Positions 57,993-60,961 of a DNA stretch of 60,961 bases are shown here, one piece after another. The stretch is from an uncultured Candidatus Saccharibacteria bacterium (GTDB lineage: Bacteria; Patescibacteriota; Minisyncoccia; Phycocordibacterales; PALSA-1337). The DNA lies in contig CAZMFR010000006.1 of the NCBI GenBank assembly GCA_964565685.1, positions 1-60,961 on the forward strand, given 5' to 3'. The notes under the pieces were generated by a model. That model did no database searches. It was not told the DNA's origin and was given only the letters and a program-made list of their open reading frames with translations. The stretch's first letter is position 1. Each line of letters begins with the position of its first letter. The position numbers and the translations under genes were made by a program.

Positions 57993-59075
57993 TCATTCTT
58001 TGACCCAATACCAAAAAAGACTCTCCACCTCTTGTGCTAACCCATGTGCATCGGCGTGAGAAAGAACGCCAAGATATGATCGCAACGATCCCTTCAGAGT
58101 CGCTTCGCTGATTCGCCCATTCTTGAATCGAGTGACTTGCTCTCTCAGTTTCCTCATCATCCGCTTTTTTGTTTTCGTCCTGACAACAGTATGGTATGGT
58201 AGTACGACATAGCCGAGAAAGTCGATGCCACGGGTACACCGCCGAATCTCGACCTTTCGTGGATGGAGTTCGAGAAGCAGTTTTTCTTCGAGAAATGTTC
58301 TGATCGGTGGCAGGATTTTTTGCAAGTATTCAACATCATCGGAAATGATGACAAAGTCATCCGTATACCGCGCGTAATTTTTTACCTTAAGCTCATGCTT
58401 CACAAATTGATCAAACTCATTCATGTAGACATTAGCGAAAAGCTGGGAAGTAAGATTCCCTATGGGAATGCCTTTTCGGCGCGGAGCGCCGAGTACTCTC
58501 TCTCTCTCTCTCTCTCTCTCTCGCAAAATGCCGCTAGAATAGCTTTCTATGATTTCCTTAAGGAGCCACCGTGCCTCTGCATCTTTCAGTCTCTTGGTCA
58601 TTATTTCAAACAGTATGTCATGGTCGACACTGTCGAAGAATTTCCGTATGTCGCATTTGAGGACAAAACAAGGACGAGTGTAATTGGCACTCACTTTTCT
58701 GACCGTGTCTCGCAGATACAGCATTCCTCGATGGGTGCCTTTGCCGATCCTGCAGGAAAACGAGGTGGGGATGAATGTCGGCTCGAATATGGGGTTCAAT
58801 ACCTTGAATACCGCATGGTGGAGAACGCGATCTCTGACGCTCGCTTTGTAAATATGCCTCAGTTTCGGATCGCGTATCCAAAATGGCTGGTACGGCCCGT
58901 GTCGGTAGGTATGATGCCTGAGTTCCCGATACAGTCGAAAGATTTCTTGTTCAAGTTGCCGCTCGAACCCTGCCACGTCTGGCTTGTTCCTTTTGTCGCG
59001 CTTGAACGCATCCCACGCAGAGAGAATGGTATCCGGCCGAATTATTGAATCATAAATTTTAGTATATATTCTCAT
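57993..59075 (-). CDS. DGR reverse transcriptase
   Basis: RDRVLHHA, LKCDIRKFF, GIPIGNLTSQLFAN (DGR-type SQ), YARYTDD, GIDFLGY. Confidence 0.95.
   Translation of the reverse strand: MRIYTKIYDSIIRPDTILSAWDAFKRDKRNKPDVAGFERQLEQEIFRLYRELRHHTYRHGPYQPFWIRDPKLRHIYKASVRDRVLHHAVFKVLNPIFEPTFIPTSFSCRIGKGTHRGMLYLRDTVRKVSANYTRPCFVLKCDIRKFFDSVDHDILFEIMTKRLKDAEARWLLKEIIESYSSGILRERERERERVLGAPRRKGIPIGNLTSQLFANVYMNEFDQFVKHELKVKNYARYTDDFVIISDDVEYLQKILPPIRTFLEEKLLLELHPRKVEIRRCTRGIDFLGYVVLPYHTVVRTKTKKRMMRKLREQVTRFKNGRISEATLKGSLRSYLGVLSHADAHGLAQEVESLFWYWVKE
58496..58522. repeat. 27-nt (CT)n/(AG)n microsatellite inside the RT gene
   Basis: Encodes RERERERER just before GIPIGNLTSQ. Confidence 0.95.
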
Positions 59076-59081
59076 AAAAAT

Positions 59082-59441
59082 ATGAACCACATGGACAACC
59101 TTGATATTCCGATATTCAGAAAAACATACGACCTATACAAGACATTTTACGGTTTCCGGGGAAGCGTTCCCAAGCAAGACAGATATACCATCTGGCAGAG
59201 GTGTGAAACGCTCATCCTCGAAATCTTAGAAGGGCTCCTCTATGCCAGCCAGACATCGAAAGCCGAAAAGCTGCCGATGCTCGAAAGAACGAGCGTGAAG
59301 CTCAACTTTCTCCGCATATTCGTGCGGCTCATGAAAGACACCAAAGCCGTCGACGAGAAAAAGTATCTCATCCTCGAAAGCTCGATCGACGAGATTGGCC
59401 GAATGCTGGGCGGTTGGATCAAGTCGACGAAAGACCGATAG
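59082..59441 (+). CDS. avd: DGR accessory variability determinant (four-helix bundle)
   Basis: IFRKTYDL...PKQDRY...LNFLRIFVRL...EIGRMLGGWIK; lies between TR and RT. Confidence 0.88.
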   Translation: MNHMDNLDIPIFRKTYDLYKTFYGFRGSVPKQDRYTIWQRCETLILEILEGLLYASQTSKAEKLPMLERTSVKLNFLRIFVRLMKDTKAVDEKKYLILESSIDEIGRMLGGWIKSTKDR

Positions 59442-59443
59442 CA

Positions 59444-59470
59444 CAAGCTCCCACGATTTGCGGGAGCTTG
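59444..59470. other. Hairpin between TR and avd
   Basis: CAAGCTCCC-9nt-GGGAGCTTG, 9-bp stem. Confidence 0.7.
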
Positions 59471-59487
59471 CAGGATGGAGACGACTG

Positions 59488-59602
59488 CCGGGAGGACGAG
59501 ACGCCGAGATTGTCGTTCACGTTGTCGTCGTTGTAGTTGTTGACATTGAGGCCATCGGCATCGAACTTGCCGACGTTCACGCGGTTGCCGTCCGAGTCGA
59601 GA
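59488..59602 (-). repeat. DGR template region (TR)
   Basis: AAC-rich; 101 of 115 positions identical to VR; 28 adenines on the minus strand. Confidence 0.95.
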
Positions 59603-59889
59603 GATTGTCCGCTTCCGTCCGTGTCACCGAAGCTCAAGGGTTACCGCTTCAAAGAAGCCTATATCCTTTCGCTCCTGAATTTTATGCGGGAGCAGTTTTC
59701 GTCTGAAAACACCTCCACAAGAAGTGGACAAGAAGTTCAATCCCCATCCTTAATCGCACACTGCCGTGATCCGTGAACCACCGGCACTCCGGCGATATCT
59801 CAAAGGTGAGATATCTTGCGAGGATAAACCGTGGCCTGGCCTTCATGAGCAAGATGCATGTATCATATCGGTTTATATGGAAAAAGAAA

Positions 59890-59919
59890 GAGCCTCCGGA
59901 AAAAAATTCGCGGAGGCTC
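59890..59919 (-). terminator. Hairpin downstream of VR (DGR target-recognition stem-loop and/or terminator)
   Basis: GAGCCTCCG...CGGAGGCTC 9-bp stem, 47 nt past VR, followed by a T-tract on the minus strand. Confidence 0.75.
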
Positions 59920-59951
59920 AAGGGAATCAAGAGGAACGAGAATTCAAGCAC

Positions 59952-60737
59952 TCAAGATTCCAACTTCCGGGAGGACGAGACGCCGAGACTGCCGCCCACG
60001 CTGTCGTCGTTGTAGTAGTCGACAACGAGGCCATCGGCACCGAACCCGCCGACGCCCACGCGGTTGCCGTCCGAGTCGAGATCGGAACAACGCACGTAGA
60101 GCTTCTCGAACAGGCGTTCGCCGGTGGCGAGGAAGTGGCCGATGATGGTGTAAACCATGATCTGAGCCTTCGGCGTCTCCTCGATCTTGCCGTCGAGCAA
60201 CGCTTGCTGCTGACTCCACGTCTTCGACAGGGAGTCGCTCACGGGAGTCTTTCGAACGAGCTGCCACTCAAGCTTGCCTCTTTCGTTGGCGAAGGCTTGG
60301 CTGTCATACCAGTCCTGGCTGTAGAAGAAGCTCTTCTGGCTTTTCGGCAGTCTCATGGCCGTAGCGTATGACCGGATCTGCACGATCGAGAGCGGCATGA
60401 CTGCCACCAGGATGTGGGTATCCTTGCACGCTTGGAGCGTGGTTTCCGAGAACGGAATCTCGCTCATGTAGGCGATCTGCCGCTTGGAGAAGCTCATGCC
60501 GAAGTGCTTCATGGCTTCCTCGAGGCCGAAGAAGTTCGTGCCCATGATTTCCTTGGCGCGAGCTTGGTTGGTCGAGAGTTCGAAGCCGCCGTTTCGGCAC
60601 AGGGATGCCACGCGAGTGGCAACCGTGTCGTCGGTGTTAATCCGCTCCACGATTCCGTCGGCTTGATCGCCGAATGCGACCATCAGCCGTTGGAACGCGC
60701 CGTTTATCTGACCGCTGGGTATTTCTGTCCATTTCAT
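59952..60737 (-). CDS. DGR target (variable) protein, probable C-terminal CLec-like fold
   Basis: VR at the extreme C-terminus ending LGVSSSRK; no signal peptide; alternative GTG start at 60752. Confidence 0.9.
   Translation of the reverse strand: MKWTEIPSGQINGAFQRLMVAFGDQADGIVERINTDDTVATRVASLCRNGGFELSTNQARAKEIMGTNFFGLEEAMKHFGMSFSKRQIAYMSEIPFSETTLQACKDTHILVAVMPLSIVQIRSYATAMRLPKSQKSFFYSQDWYDSQAFANERGKLEWQLVRKTPVSDSLSKTWSQQQALLDGKIEETPKAQIMVYTIIGHFLATGERLFEKLYVRCSDLDSDGNRVGVGGFGADGLVVDYYNDDSVGGSLGVSSSRKLES
59967..60081 (-). repeat. DGR variable region (VR)
   Basis: 14 substitutions versus TR, all at A (12 A>G, 2 A>T). Confidence 0.95.
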
Positions 60738-60911
60738 AACTTTGCCTTTCACTGTTAGCCCTTTTTATCGGGCGACTGTTTCGGACATACGATTCCGATG
60801 TTGTTAGTACGGCCGTCTATGAGACGAGCTTATTGAGGCCTAATCTAAGCCGCAAAAAGCTCGTCTCATATGTCTTTTGAATCTTGAATGACAATGATCT
60901 TTACTGAAAAC

Positions 60912-60961
60912 TAGCAACCTTTGAAGTAGGACAGTTAGAATTAATCATTAGCCACAATTAA
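60912..60961 (-). repeat. Right copy of 50-bp perfect inverted repeat
   Basis: Reverse complement of 6-55. Confidence 0.95.

Larger units (their letters stand above)
57993..60752 (-). mobile_element. Diversity-generating retroelement (target/VR, TR, inverted avd, RT)
   Basis: RT with SQ motif, Avd, and a 115-nt TR/VR pair differing only at TR adenines. Confidence 0.95.

Noticed and set aside
57993-59075. Group II intron or retron interpretation of the RT
   Set aside because: The SQ motif, adjacent Avd and adenine-specific TR/VR pair identify a DGR; there is no maturase/domain V or msr-msd.
59419-59637. 72-aa ORF resembling the target C-terminus
   Set aside because: It is the template region read in the VR frame, not evidence of a protein-coding paralogue.
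59755-59795. CCGGCAC match to the tRNA-Leu 3' end as a possible second att site
   Set aside because: Only 7 nt, and it lies inside the DGR between TR and VR; not credible as a boundary.

Overview
A chromosomal segment that looks like a Patescibacteria/CPR (probably Parcubacteria) genome. This is inferred from gene content; TGA is used as a stop, so genetic code 11. The backbone is housekeeping (lexA, proS, rseP, frr, holB-like, tsaD, uppP, DEAD-box helicase, dnaX, dus, ftsQ-like, serS, dprA, topA, parB) with four tRNAs. There are two accessory regions. (1) An apparently complete ~7.7 kb integrated rolling-circle element at tRNA-Gln (33377-41081). It has a HUH Rep, a CTTGATA double-strand-origin motif, a 223-nt rod-like candidate single-strand origin, and a large serine recombinase whose C-terminus would be swapped in-frame on excision through a TGCTG core. 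Its cargo is defensive: a Shedu/DUF4263 nuclease, a TdeIII-family endonuclease and alpha- plus beta-class methyltransferases. (2) An island downstream of tRNA-Leu with a coupled Schlafen/AlbA_2 + unknown-partner pair, a second serine recombinase and an intact diversity-generating retroelement. The DGR has a 115-nt TR/VR with 14 mismatches, all at TR adenines; its avd gene is inverted and its RT carries a 27-nt (AG)n slippage tract upstream of the catalytic motifs. Also seen: a perfect 50-bp inverted repeat at the two window ends, two dispersed repeat families (a 15-bp palindrome and a ~170-bp MITE-like unit), a GAAC-N4-GTTC box at the lexA operon, four promoter-associated DnaA boxes and many apparently leaderless genes. 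All family assignments come from motif recognition by eye; no searches were run.
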